A program made the position numbers and the translations under genes. The notes beneath the pieces were generated by a model. That model did no database searches. It was not told where the DNA came from and saw only the letters and a list, made by a program, of their open reading frames with translations. From assembly GCA_021779995.1 (NCBI GenBank), contig JAJXZP010000146.1, positions 8,202-72,201 on the forward strand: a stretch of 64,000 nucleotides of DNA, read 5' to 3'. Positions 10,043-18,970 of this stretch are shown here, piece after piece; the first letter of the stretch is position 1; the number at the start of each line of letters is the position of its first letter. The DNA is from a bacterium (GTDB lineage: Bacteria; Spirochaetota; Spirochaetia; Treponematales; Rectinemataceae).

Positions 10043-10612
10043 CTAGAGGTTTATAAGGTAACTGTGGATCGCCGCGCCGTCGACCAGCTCGGGGTGGAAG
10101 GTTGCGCCGAGCATGGTGCCCTGACGCACGAGGATGGGACTGCCCTCGTACTCGGCGAGGACCTCGACCTTGGGCCCGCAGGCGATGATCTTGGGGGCCC
10201 GGATGAAGACCGCCTCGAGCTTTTCTGCCCCGGGCACCTTGGTGCGCACCGGCGTGCGGAAGCTGAAGACCTGGCGGCCGTAGGCGTTGCGCCGCACCGT
10301 CACGTCGAGGAGGCCGATGCCCGGCTGCGTATAGCCTTCGACGCGGGTGGCCAGGAGGATGAGCCCGGCGCAGGTGCCGAAGACGGGAAGGCCCTCCGCG
10401 ATCCGCTTCACGAGGCGCTCGAGGAGGCCGAAGCGGACGAGGAGGCTGCCCATGACGGTGCTTTCGCCGCCGGGAAGGATGAGGGCCTCGGCGGCGTCGA
10501 TGTCCTCGAGGGTCCGGACCTCGAAGGGCTCGGCCCCGGCGCGCAGGATAGCTCGCTCGTGGGCCGCGTAATCGCCCTGGAGCGCCAGGACGCCGACTCT
10601 CTTCACCGTCAC
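10043..10612 (-). CDS. pdxT: Pyridoxal 5'-phosphate synthase glutaminase subunit
   Basis: [17 protein letters not shown]...[10 protein letters not shown]...[11 protein letters not shown]...ATFHPEL. A GTG start overlaps the pdxS TGA (GTGA). The ORF-track 485-aa ORF is a frame read-through artefact. Confidence 0.85.
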   Translation of the reverse strand: MTVKRVGVLALQGDYAAHERAILRAGAEPFEVRTLEDIDAAEALILPGGESTVMGSLLVRFGLLERLVKRIAEGLPVFGTCAGLILLATRVEGYTQPGIGLLDVTVRRNAYGRQVFSFRTPVRTKVPGAEKLEAVFIRAPKIIACGPKVEVLAEYEGSPILVRQGTMLGATFHPELVDGAAIHSYLINL

Positions 10613-11514
10613 CAGCCTCTCGTAGCCATGCGCTCCTCGTCCTTGAGCTGACCGAGGCCGATCCCGACCATGGGCTCGCCGAGGTCGGCGGAGAGCTCGG
10701 CCAGCTTCTTCGGGTCCTTGTAGTAGGTGACCGCCCCGACGATGGCGGTGGCGCGGCGGGCCGGATCCCCGGACTTGAAGATGCCGGAGCCGACGAAGAC
10801 GGTCTCGGCGCCGAGTTCCATCATGAGGGCCGCGTCCGCGGGCGTGGCTATGCCGCCGGCCGAGAAATTGGGCACGGGCAGCTTCCCGGTCTTGGCCACT
10901 TCGACGACGAGCTCGTAAGGCGCGCCGAGCTCCTTGGCGGCCGTCATGAGCTCCTCGCCGCGCAGTCGGGTGAGGCGGGCGATCTCGTCGGTCACGTTGC
11001 GCATGTGCCTGACCGCCTCGACGACGTCCCCGGTGCCCGGCTCGCCCTTGGTGCGGATCATGGCGGCGCCCTCGCCGATGCGGCGGAGCGCCTCGCCGAG
11101 GTCGCGGCAGCCGCAGACGAAGGGAACCTTGAAATCCTGCTTGTTGACGTGGAATCGCTCGTCGGCGGGGGTGAGCACCTCGGACTCGTCGATGAAATCG
11201 ACTTCCAGGGCCTCGAGTATCCTCGCTTCCATGAAATGACCGATGCGGCACTTGGCCATGACGGGGATGGAGACCGCGTCCTGGATCGACTTGATCATCT
11301 TGGGATCGGACATGCGCGCCACGCCGCCCGTCGCCCGGATGTCGGCGGGAACCCGTTCCAGCGCCATGACGGCCACGGCCCCCGCGCGCTCGGCTATCTT
11401 CGCCTGCTCGACATTGGTCACGTCCATGATGACGCCGCCCTTGAGCATCTCGGCCAAACCTATCTTGGTGCGCCACTCGGCGCTCTGACGTCCCGACCAC
11501 ATGATCTCGTCCAT
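10609..11514 (-). CDS. pdxS: Pyridoxal 5'-phosphate synthase lyase subunit
   Basis: 301-aa [45 protein letters not shown] is the canonical PdxS N-terminus. Confidence 0.95.
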   Translation of the reverse strand: MDEIMWSGRQSAEWRTKIGLAEMLKGGVIMDVTNVEQAKIAERAGAVAVMALERVPADIRATGGVARMSDPKMIKSIQDAVSIPVMAKCRIGHFMEARILEALEVDFIDESEVLTPADERFHVNKQDFKVPFVCGCRDLGEALRRIGEGAAMIRTKGEPGTGDVVEAVRHMRNVTDEIARLTRLRGEELMTAAKELGAPYELVVEVAKTGKLPVPNFSAGGIATPADAALMMELGAETVFVGSGIFKSGDPARRATAIVGAVTYYKDPKKLAELSADLGEPMVGIGLGQLKDEERMATRGW

Positions 11515-11791
11515 ATCTTCATCCTCCTGGGTTCCGCACTAGGTATGGGCCAAAAATACAGAATTGTCTTCAATATCTCAAGACGGCATCAGTGAAAAGC
11601 CAGGGCAAACGTATACGATCTGCCTCTGAGCCACAAGCGGTTCACCTGGGTGCGGCAGGCCGATAACAGATCGGCGGAGGAAAGTTAGCGTGGGGGCCTT
11701 CCGCGCACCCGCGGCATGTCCTGTCCTGCGTCGGGGAACCGCGCGAGGACGGGCCTTCCGCGCGCATTCGCCGGAAATGGTTCTTCCCCCC

Positions 11792-11820
11792 TTGCACCGA
11801 GCGCCGGCATTCTGTAAATT
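11792..11820 (+). promoter_or_regulatory. Candidate sigma-70-type promoter for the lysine-riboswitch/lysC operon
   Basis: TTGCAC (11792-11797), a 17-nt spacer, then TAAATT (11815-11820). The predicted start lies a few nt before riboswitch helix P1. Confidence 0.4.
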
Positions 11821-11828
11821 GAGATTCA

Positions 11829-12002
11829 CCGATTGGAGGAGCGATTCCCAAGAGTATGCCGGTCGAGGGCGGAAGGCCCGGAGAAGCCGGACGAAAGGGG
11901 AGGATCGCCGAAGGGAGCTGCGGAACGTATCCACCGTAGTCCTTGGACGTCCAGGTCAATACCTGGCGGCTGTCGCGGGAGAATCCCGCGGAGTGCCATC
12001 GG
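11829..12002 (+). promoter_or_regulatory. Lysine riboswitch (L-box) aptamer in the lysC leader
   Basis: P1 pairs CCGATTGG with CCATCGG. Conserved blocks are GGAGGAGCG..AGAGTA, GAAAGGGGAGGATCGCCGAAGGGAG and CTGTCGCGGGAGAATCCCGCGGAGTGCC. These match L-box core motifs (GAGGCGC/AGUA, CGCCGAAGG, CUGUCAC..GUGGAGAGC). It lies 168 nt upstream of the lysC ATG. Confidence 0.8.
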
Positions 12003-12169
12003 AATCGTCTTCTCGTACCGGCGAGTCGTCGGGCCGGAGATGGTTCTTGGGATCTCCATCGGAAGTGGAGGTCTCTCATGTCGATTTCTTGTCGTCCAAA
12101 TTCGTTATCCATCACCCCCAAACCCCTGGGATTTTCCGTTCTCGACGCAGTTCTGGCCTCGGGCCGGCT

Positions 12170-13546
12170 ATGAGCGGCCCCGTCGTCATGAAGTTCGGCG
12201 GCAGCTCGGTGGCGAACGCCGAGCGCCTGCGGAATGTCGCCGATATCGTCCGCTCCGAGGACGCCGACGGCATCGTCGTCGTGCTGTCCGCCCTCGGGGG
12301 CGTCACGGACGCGCTGTTCTCCTGCGGGAAGACCGCCGCCGCCCGGAACGAGGCCGGCGCCCTCGGGGGGCTGGGCCGCATCATGGAGCGCCATCGCGAG
12401 GTCGCCGGCGAGCTCTTCGGCGGCGCAGTCCCCGACGAGCTCGCCGACTTCATCGCCGCCGCCGAGCACGAGCTGTCGCTCCTGCTGCGGGGCTCGGCCA
12501 TGCTCGGAGCCCTTCCCGACCAGAGCCTCGACGCCCTCGTCGGCCACGGCGAGCTGCTCTCGTCCCGGCTGCTGGCGGCCTTCATGCAGGTCCCCTGGCT
12601 CGACGCGCGGCTCGTCGTGCGCACCGATTCACGATTCGGGCAGGCTCGTCCCCTTCCGGCGGAAATACGCGACTTGGCCGGGAAGGAAGTGCTCCCCATC
12701 CTCGCTCGCGGCGGCATAGTCGTCACCCAAGGCTACATCGGTTCCGACGCCTCCGGCGCCCCTACCACGCTGGGTCGAGGCGGCTCGGATTTCAGCGCCA
12801 GCCTTTTCGGCGCCGCGATCCGGGCCGCGGAAATCCAGATCTGGACTGACGTCGAGGGAGTGCTGACCTGCGATCCCCGCGTCGTGCCCGACGCCCGTCC
12901 CGTGGAGCATCTCGGCTACGACGAGGCGGCCGAACTCGCCGCCTTCGGCGCCAAGGTTCTCCATCCGGCGACCATCCTCCCGGCGGTCGAGCTCGGCATC
13001 CCCGTGACCGTCCGCAACAGCCTTCTCCGCAAAGGTCGATTCACCAGCATTACGCGCGACGCGTCGAGCGGGCTGCCGGTGACGGCGTTGGCCTCGCGCG
13101 CTCCGGTTTCGGTGCTGACCGTGCGCTCGCCCGGGATGCTGGGGGGCGCCGGCTTCCTGGCCCGCATTTTCGAGGCCTTCGGACGGCGCGGCGTCAGCGT
13201 CGACCTCGTCTCCACCTCCGAGGTGAGCGTCTCGATGACGGTCGAGGCCTCCGCTCCGCTGGAGGGCTTGGCCGAGGAGCTGTCGAGCTTCGCCGACGTA
13301 CGGATAGAGCGCGAGCGGGCCATCGTGGCGCTGGTCGGCGAGCAGCTGCGGCGTACGCCGGGCGTGGCGGGCATGGCCTTCAGCGCCCTGCGCGACATGA
13401 ACGTCGAGATGATCAGCCTGGGCGCGAACGAGATCAACCTGAGCCTCGTCGTCGCGCAGAGCGACGCGCCGGAGGCGCTTCGCAGACTCCATGCCGCGTT
13501 TTTCGGCAAGGAGAACTCGGGTTCGGTTTCGAAGGGGGTAGCATGA
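12170..13546 (+). CDS. lysC: Aspartate kinase
   Basis: MSGPVVMKFGGSSVANAERL start, followed by TLGRGGSDFSA and C-terminal ACT-like repeats. The ORF-track start at 11690 would run through the riboswitch and is rejected. Confidence 0.9.
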   Translation: MSGPVVMKFGGSSVANAERLRNVADIVRSEDADGIVVVLSALGGVTDALFSCGKTAAARNEAGALGGLGRIMERHREVAGELFGGAVPDELADFIAAAEHELSLLLRGSAMLGALPDQSLDALVGHGELLSSRLLAAFMQVPWLDARLVVRTDSRFGQARPLPAEIRDLAGKEVLPILARGGIVVTQGYIGSDASGAPTTLGRGGSDFSASLFGAAIRAAEIQIWTDVEGVLTCDPRVVPDARPVEHLGYDEAAELAAFGAKVLHPATILPAVELGIPVTVRNSLLRKGRFTSITRDASSGLPVTALASRAPVSVLTVRSPGMLGGAGFLARIFEAFGRRGVSVDLVSTSEVSVSMTVEASAPLEGLAEELSSFADVRIERERAIVALVGEQLRRTPGVAGMAFSALRDMNVEMISLGANEINLSLVVAQSDAPEALRRLHAAFFGKENSGSVSKGVA

Positions 13547-14304
13547 GGGTCGGGATATTCGGCAACGGCCGTCTCGGTTCCGCGGTGGCGCGCCTGATCG
13601 CGGCCGAAAGCGATATGGAACTCGCCTGGGCCTTGGACAAGGGCGAGAGTCCGAGGGGCCCGGTGGATGTCGCTCTCGACGCGAGCGTGGGCCCGGCGGT
13701 CGCGGGGCATCTGGCCTGGGCCCGGGCTTCGCAGGTCGACATGGTGGTCGGCACGACCGGCTGGGATGCCTCAGCCCTCGACCCTGCGGAGTATGCCTCG
13801 ATCGGCGTATTGGTCGCGCCCAACTTCAGCCTGGCGGTGGCGTACTTGAAGCGGGTGGCGCTGTCCCTCGGCCGCTTCGCCGCCTTGGATTCCCGCGCGG
13901 ACCTCTCGGTTCTCGAACGGCATCATCGCGCCAAGATCGACGCTCCGAGCGGCACGGCCAAGCTCCTCGCCGCCGCGCTCCGCGAGGGTTGTCCGCGTTA
14001 TGCGGAACCGAAATCCCGGGCCGCGGTTCCGGATGCTTCCGCGTCGTCTTCGCCGGAGACCCGGCTGCAGATCGTCTCGGTGCGGGGCGGAAGCGAGGTC
14101 GGCTATCACGAACTCCGCCTGGAGGCGGACGCGGAGGCGCTCGTGATCTCGCATGAGGCGAAATCGCGGGACATCTTCGCGCAGGGAGCGTTGCAGGCTC
14201 TCCGGTGGATTCGCGGGAAAAAGGGATTTTTTTCCTTCGATGACCTGGCCGACGAGCTCATTTCGCCGTTATTCCTGGCTCCAGGGCCCGGTGGTTCACG
14301 TTAG
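13543..14304 (+). CDS. dapB: 4-hydroxy-tetrahydrodipicolinate reductase
   Basis: MRVGIFGNGRLG (NAD fold), VGTTGW, APNFSLAV and ERHHRAKIDAPSGTA. It overlaps the lysC stop by 4 nt. Confidence 0.9.
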   Translation: MRVGIFGNGRLGSAVARLIAAESDMELAWALDKGESPRGPVDVALDASVGPAVAGHLAWARASQVDMVVGTTGWDASALDPAEYASIGVLVAPNFSLAVAYLKRVALSLGRFAALDSRADLSVLERHHRAKIDAPSGTAKLLAAALREGCPRYAEPKSRAAVPDASASSSPETRLQIVSVRGGSEVGYHELRLEADAEALVISHEAKSRDIFAQGALQALRWIRGKKGFFSFDDLADELISPLFLAPGPGGSR

Positions 14305-14361
14305 CGACAAGACGAAAGCGGGGCGGGCGCCGGCGGCGTCTCGGCTCCGGAGGAGGCGACT

Positions 14362-15309
14362 ATGACGATTGCAGACAGGATTCGCGGACTCGGTGTCGCG
14401 ATAGCCACGCCATTCCTGGAAGGGACCTCTCCCTCCGGCACGGGCGGCGTGGACATGCCGGCCTTCAGAAAGCTGGTCCGGTACGTACGTGACGGCGGGG
14501 TAGACTTCCTCGTGGTGCTCGGCTCGACCGGCGAGGCTGCGACGATGAATCAGGAGGAGCGGGACCGGCTCGTGGCGGCGGCGCGCGAGGAGCGCGGCAC
14601 CATGCCCCTCGTCGTGGGTGTGGGCTCCAATTCGACCGAGGCGACGATCGAGCTTACCCGGCATGCCGTGGCGGCCGGAGCCGAGGCGCTGCTCGTCGTC
14701 GTGCCCTACTACAACAAGCCGCAGAGCGCGGGCATCGAAGCGCATTTCCGCGCCGTCGCCGCCGCCGCACCCGATCTGCCCATCGTGGTCTACAACGTAC
14801 CCGGGCGAACCGGGCTCAACCTCCTTCCGAAGGACCTCTCCCGCCTTTGGACCATCCCGCAGGTAGTGGCCGTGAAGGAATCCTCCGGCAATCTCGCGCA
14901 GATAAGCGAGATCGCCCGGACCCTCCCGCCGGGCAAGACACTCCTGTCCGGGGACGACGGACTCGCCCTGCCCGCGATCGCCGTCGGAGCCAAGGGCCTC
15001 ATCTCCGTCATGGCGAACGTGCTGCCGACCGAGACGAAGGCCCTGGTCGACGCGGCGGTAGAGGGTCGCATGGACGAGGCGAGGGCGCTGCATTACCGCC
15101 TCCTGCCCGTCATGGACGCGCTCTTCCTCGAAACCAATCCCGCTCCGCTCAAGGCCGCGCTCGGCCTCATGGGAATGGGCTCCGAGGTCCCTCGTCTCCC
15201 CCTCGTCAGGGCTTCGGAAGCCACTCGCGCGAGACTCGCCGAGCTTTTATCAGCCTTCGGACTTCCGGGCGGCTCGGCTTCGTCCGGACGAGCGCAGGGG
15301 CGTTCATGA
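14362..15309 (+). CDS. dapA: 4-hydroxy-tetrahydrodipicolinate synthase
   Basis: 315-aa ORF. LGSTGEAATM, PYYNKP, YNVPGRTG and AVKESSG motifs are present. Confidence 0.9.
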   Translation: MTIADRIRGLGVAIATPFLEGTSPSGTGGVDMPAFRKLVRYVRDGGVDFLVVLGSTGEAATMNQEERDRLVAAAREERGTMPLVVGVGSNSTEATIELTRHAVAAGAEALLVVVPYYNKPQSAGIEAHFRAVAAAAPDLPIVVYNVPGRTGLNLLPKDLSRLWTIPQVVAVKESSGNLAQISEIARTLPPGKTLLSGDDGLALPAIAVGAKGLISVMANVLPTETKALVDAAVEGRMDEARALHYRLLPVMDALFLETNPAPLKAALGLMGMGSEVPRLPLVRASEATRARLAELLSAFGLPGGSASSGRAQGRS

Positions 15310-16127
15310 GCCGAGACCTGGCGGCGCTCGAGGCCTTCTACGAGCGGGAACTCGATTCGATCCTGGCCGATGCCGGCTTCGCCGAGGCGCACGAAGCCCT
15401 TTTGCGAAACCTGGAATCGGGAGAGCTGCGCTCGGCGCAGCGAGATCCTGACGGAACGTGGCGGGCCGTGACCTGGGTCAAGCGCGGCATCCTGGCGGGC
15501 TTCCGCGCCACGTCGACGGTGAGCTTCGAGGAATGGCCGGGCGGCGCCTTCGATAGGGCGGCGTTTCCTCCGCGACGCTTCGCGCTCGAAGATCGGATCC
15601 GCCTGGTGCCGGGCGGCAGCGCCGTCCGGCGCGGGGCCTGCCTCGAGCCGGGCGTGGTCGTGATGCCGCCGGCCTACATCAATGTCGGCGCCTTCGTCGG
15701 TGGCGGCAGCATGGTCGACAGCCACGCGCTCGTCGGTTCCTGCGCGCAGGTGGGCGCGAATACCCACCTCTCGGCCGGCGTCCAGGTCGGCGGGGTGCTC
15801 GAGCCGGCCGGAGCCAGGCCGGTGGTCGTGGAGGAGGAGTGCATGGTCGGGGCGCTCTGCGGGCTGTTCGAGGGTGTCGTCGTGCGGCGCAGGGCCGTCC
15901 TCGCTCCCGGTCTCATCCTGACGGCCTCGACGACGATCTACGATCTCGTCGAGGGGCGCCGCCTCCGCGGCGAGGTGCCCGAGGGCGCGGTCGTGGTCCC
16001 CGGCTCGCGCCCCGCGAGCGGAGCCTTCGCCGAGAAGAACGGGATATCGCTCTACGCCCCCTGCATCGTCAAGTACCGGGACGCCAAGACCGACGCCGCG
16101 ACCGCCTTGGAGGCGGCGCTACGATGA
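15306..16127 (+). CDS. dapD: 2,3,4,5-tetrahydropyridine-2,6-dicarboxylate N-succinyltransferase
   Basis: The ATG at 15306 overlaps the dapA stop (ATGA). Hexapeptide-repeat region (YINVGAFVGGGSMVDSHALVGSCAQVGANTHLSAGVQVGG), 273 aa, as for E. coli DapD. The upstream part of ORF 14847 is out of context. Confidence 0.8.
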   Translation: MSRDLAALEAFYERELDSILADAGFAEAHEALLRNLESGELRSAQRDPDGTWRAVTWVKRGILAGFRATSTVSFEEWPGGAFDRAAFPPRRFALEDRIRLVPGGSAVRRGACLEPGVVVMPPAYINVGAFVGGGSMVDSHALVGSCAQVGANTHLSAGVQVGGVLEPAGARPVVVEEECMVGALCGLFEGVVVRRRAVLAPGLILTASTTIYDLVEGRRLRGEVPEGAVVVPGSRPASGAFAEKNGISLYAPCIVKYRDAKTDAATALEAALR

Positions 16128-16158
16128 AAAGCGCGGAGAGAAAGCGAGGTCGGGAAGC

Positions 16159-17367
16159 ATGAGCCTGTTCGCCCTGACGGATAATGAAGCGCTCGAGTTC
16201 GCGGACGGGCACGCGACGCCCTGCTTCGTCTATCGTCTCGACGCCGCCGAGGAGCGGTTTCGCGCCCTGAGCGCCGTCTTGCCCGACAGGGTTCGCCTCG
16301 CGTACGCCGTGAAGGCCAATCCCCACCCCGGAATCGTCGCGCGCTTCGCCGCCCTCGGCTCCGACTTCGACGTCGCTTCCATCGGCGAGCTCGAACTGCT
16401 GAGACGAGCGGGCGTCCCCGGCGGGCGCATCCTGTTCGCGGGTCCCGGCAAGTCCACGGAGGAACTCGAGCTCGCCCTTTCGATGGGTGTTCGGATCGAG
16501 ATCGACGGACTCGAGGATGCCGAGCGGATCGAAGGCTACCTTTCGGCCGCCGCGCCCGCGGGTCGGCCGGCTTCGCCGCTGGCCTTGAGCGTCCGTGTCC
16601 ATCCGGCCGATGGAATCAGCGAAAGCTCCCGGATCATCGGCGGCGCCGGGCCCTCGGCCTTCGGCGTCGACGAGGAGGACCTACCTCGGTTTCTCCAGGG
16701 CATGCGAAGTTTTCGCCACATCGCGGTGACGGGATTGCAGGTCTTCGCCGCGAGCAACGAGCGCGACGCGAGCCGACTTATCGCCAACCATCGGGTCGCT
16801 CTGTCCATCGCCGAGCGCATGGCCAAGGACGCGAAACTGGACCTTGAGCTCATCGATCTCGGCGGCGGCCTGGGCATCCCCTACGCGGAGGGCGAAGCGG
16901 AGCTCGATATTGAGGCCTTGGGAAAGGGCCTGGATCTTCTGCTTCGGGAGAATTCGTGGTTCGGAGGAAAGCTCCTCGTCGAGCCCGGCAGGTGGCTGGT
17001 CGGCCCCTGCGGAGCCTACTTGAGCCGCGTCATCCGCGTCAAGGAAAGCCGGGGGACGCGCTTCGCCGTGCTCGAAGGCGGCATCAACCACCTTCTGCGT
17101 CCCCTGCTCACGGGACAGCCTTTTCCGGTCCGCGCTCCCGGGCGAGACGGCGAAGCGAAAAACCCTGCGCGCGCCGGCAGAGAGCGTACCTGCACCCTCA
17201 CCGGCCCCTTATGCACCTCGCTCGACCGGCTGGGCTCGGTCGTCCTGCCGCCGCTCGGGCCGGGGGACCTTCTCGTGTTCGGGCAGACCGGAGCCTACGG
17301 CTACACCGAGGCCATGGGCGCCTTCCTGAGCCATCCGCTTCCCGCCGAACACTGTCTCGATCACTAG
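16159..17367 (+). CDS. lysA: Diaminopimelate decarboxylase (PLP-dependent, Orn/DAP/Arg decarboxylase family)
   Basis: 402-aa ORF. AYAVKANP (PLP lysine), GGGLGIPY, EPGRWLVGP and the CTSLD context are present. It is the last gene of the lys operon. Confidence 0.8.
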   Translation: MSLFALTDNEALEFADGHATPCFVYRLDAAEERFRALSAVLPDRVRLAYAVKANPHPGIVARFAALGSDFDVASIGELELLRRAGVPGGRILFAGPGKSTEELELALSMGVRIEIDGLEDAERIEGYLSAAAPAGRPASPLALSVRVHPADGISESSRIIGGAGPSAFGVDEEDLPRFLQGMRSFRHIAVTGLQVFAASNERDASRLIANHRVALSIAERMAKDAKLDLELIDLGGGLGIPYAEGEAELDIEALGKGLDLLLRENSWFGGKLLVEPGRWLVGPCGAYLSRVIRVKESRGTRFAVLEGGINHLLRPLLTGQPFPVRAPGRDGEAKNPARAGRERTCTLTGPLCTSLDRLGSVVLPPLGPGDLLVFGQTGAYGYTEAMGAFLSHPLPAEHCLDH

Positions 17368-17463
17368 CTGCCGCGGCGCGCGCGCTCCGCTTCAAGTCCA
17401 GCCGGGAGCGCGGCCGTCCTGCAGCGGAGGCGTTCCGGAGAATGGCGAAGCTGTCGGTGAAAG

Positions 17464-17537
17464 TGGGCCCAGCTGGACTTGAACCAGCGACCTACGGATT
17501 ATGAGTCCGCAGCTCTGACCAACTGAGCTATGGGCCC
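17464..17537 (-). tRNA. tRNA with CAT anticodon, elongator type, more like tRNA-Ile2 (lysidine) than tRNA-Met
   Basis: Reverse complement is GGGCCCATAGCTCAGTTGGTCAGAGCTGCGGACTCATAATCCGTAGGTCGCTGGTTCAAGTCCAGCTGGGCCCA. It folds as a cloverleaf. The T-arm GCTGGTTCAAGTCCAGC and the C4-G69/C5-G68 pairs resemble E. coli ileX. Confidence 0.85.
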
Positions 17538-17628
17538 GAGAGCTCGCAAAGCTCCACCATAGATACATACGAGCCGAAAAAAGTCAATCCGACGAGTGTT
17601 CCCGCCGAAACCATAGAGGGGACGTGCG

Positions 17629-18963
17629 ATGCGAAAAATACCGGTAGTGTCGAGCGACGAAAAACTCAATGAGGCGATCCGGCTGGAATGCGAGCGTTCG
17701 GGAGGCGAGTTCGCCCCGGTGTTCTTCTCCGACCAAGTGCAGGTGATCGAATTCCTGAAGTACGAGTTGCCGGAAATGAAGATTTTCTATTTCTCCGATA
17801 CGGCCCTCGATTGCCGGGAAATCCTGAACGAGATCCGGGAGGATCCCTGGCTTCACTACGGCGGGATCATCGGAATCCACGACGAGGAGAACGAGAAGGA
17901 TCTGATCGAGGCGATGCGCGACGTCAACGTCATCGCCGTGCTCAGGAAGCGCGAATTCGTTGCGAGCCTTCCGCGCCTGCTGCGGATCGTGCGGCAGAAC
18001 AAGCAGATCCTCTTCCAGCGAGGCATACAGCAGCACCTCCTTAAGACGATCTCCGGCGCCTTCGTGATCGACAACGATCCCCTCGACATCACCACCTATA
18101 CCAACCTCATAACCAATTACCTGTACAACGCGAACCTCATCGGAAGGGACGAGCGGGAGAAATTGCACGTCGCCCTTCTCGAATTGCTCATCAACGCGAT
18201 CGAGCACGGCAACTGCAAGATAAGCTACGAGGAAAAGACGGCTTGGCTCGAGCGCAACCGGGACATCATGGATCTGATACGCGAGAAGAACCGGAATCCC
18301 GCCGTTAAAGCGAAGAAAGTCTACTTCTCGTACACCATCACCCCCGAGGGCTCGAGGTTCATGGTCCGCGACGAGGGGGACGGTTTCGACTGGAAACGAC
18401 GATTGGCCTCAGGGGCGAGCAGTCCCGAGCTGCACGGTATGGGCGTGAGGATGGCGAATGTCTACGTGCGGAACTTGCATTACAACGATAAAGGCAACGA
18501 AGTCAGCTTCGAGATAGAGCATCGGCACGCCGAGTCCAACATCATCCCGAAGATCTTCGAGCGCGCCGAGGAGGCACGCTTCGCCGACGGGCAGTACATC
18601 TGCTCGGAAGGCGAGGAATCGGATTACCTGTACTACATCGTCTCGGGCACCCTCTATGTCTATTCGAAGGGCAAGCTCATTTCCTCGCTGAGTCCGGACG
18701 ACATGTTCATGGGGGAGATGGCCTTCCTGCTGTCGAACCGCCGCTCCGCGACCGTGGTGGCCAAAGGCGCCTGCGTGCTCATCCGCATCTCGAAGCAGGA
18801 CTTCGTCAACCTGATCAAGGAGAATCCGCACTACGGCATCTTTCTCGCCCGCCTGCTCGCCCAGAGGCTCGCGAGGCTCAATGCGCGGACCGCGCGCCTG
18901 AACACCGAATACCTCAAGATCAAGGCCTTGGCCCAGGAGCACGGCCTGATCGCCCCCGTCTGA
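17629..18963 (+). CDS. Multidomain signalling protein: receiver-like N-domain, RsbW/SpoIIAB-type GHKL ATPase (anti-sigma serine-kinase-like) and C-terminal cyclic-nucleotide-binding domain
   Basis: 444-aa ORF with RBS GAGGGG. ELLINAIEHGN..DEGDGFD..GMGVRM are HATPase N/G1/G2-like boxes. The C-terminus (YICSEGEESDYLYYIVSGTLYVY...GEMAFL..RRSATVVA) is a cNMP-binding fold. GC content is visibly lower than in the flanks. Confidence 0.75.
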   Translation: MRKIPVVSSDEKLNEAIRLECERSGGEFAPVFFSDQVQVIEFLKYELPEMKIFYFSDTALDCREILNEIREDPWLHYGGIIGIHDEENEKDLIEAMRDVNVIAVLRKREFVASLPRLLRIVRQNKQILFQRGIQQHLLKTISGAFVIDNDPLDITTYTNLITNYLYNANLIGRDEREKLHVALLELLINAIEHGNCKISYEEKTAWLERNRDIMDLIREKNRNPAVKAKKVYFSYTITPEGSRFMVRDEGDGFDWKRRLASGASSPELHGMGVRMANVYVRNLHYNDKGNEVSFEIEHRHAESNIIPKIFERAEEARFADGQYICSEGEESDYLYYIVSGTLYVYSKGKLISSLSPDDMFMGEMAFLLSNRRSATVVAKGACVLIRISKQDFVNLIKENPHYGIFLARLLAQRLARLNARTARLNTEYLKIKALAQEHGLIAPV

Positions 18964-18970
18964 TCCTTAC

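Noticed and set aside
10043-11500. 485-aa ORF fusing pdxT with an alternative frame of pdxS
   Set aside because: Only the C-terminal 189 aa match PdxT. The upstream 295 aa are an Arg/Gly-rich out-of-frame read of pdxS, and a GTG start overlapping the pdxS stop explains the real gene.
11690-12169. 160-aa N-terminal extension of aspartate kinase in the ORF track
   Set aside because: It runs through the lysine riboswitch and promoter. The conserved kinase N-terminus (MKFGGSS) begins at the ATG at 12170.
14847-15305. 153-aa N-terminal extension of dapD, and other alternative-frame ORFs inside dapA
   Set aside because: It is an Arg/Gly/Pro-rich out-of-frame read of dapA. The DapD homology and the ATGA coupling begin at 15306.
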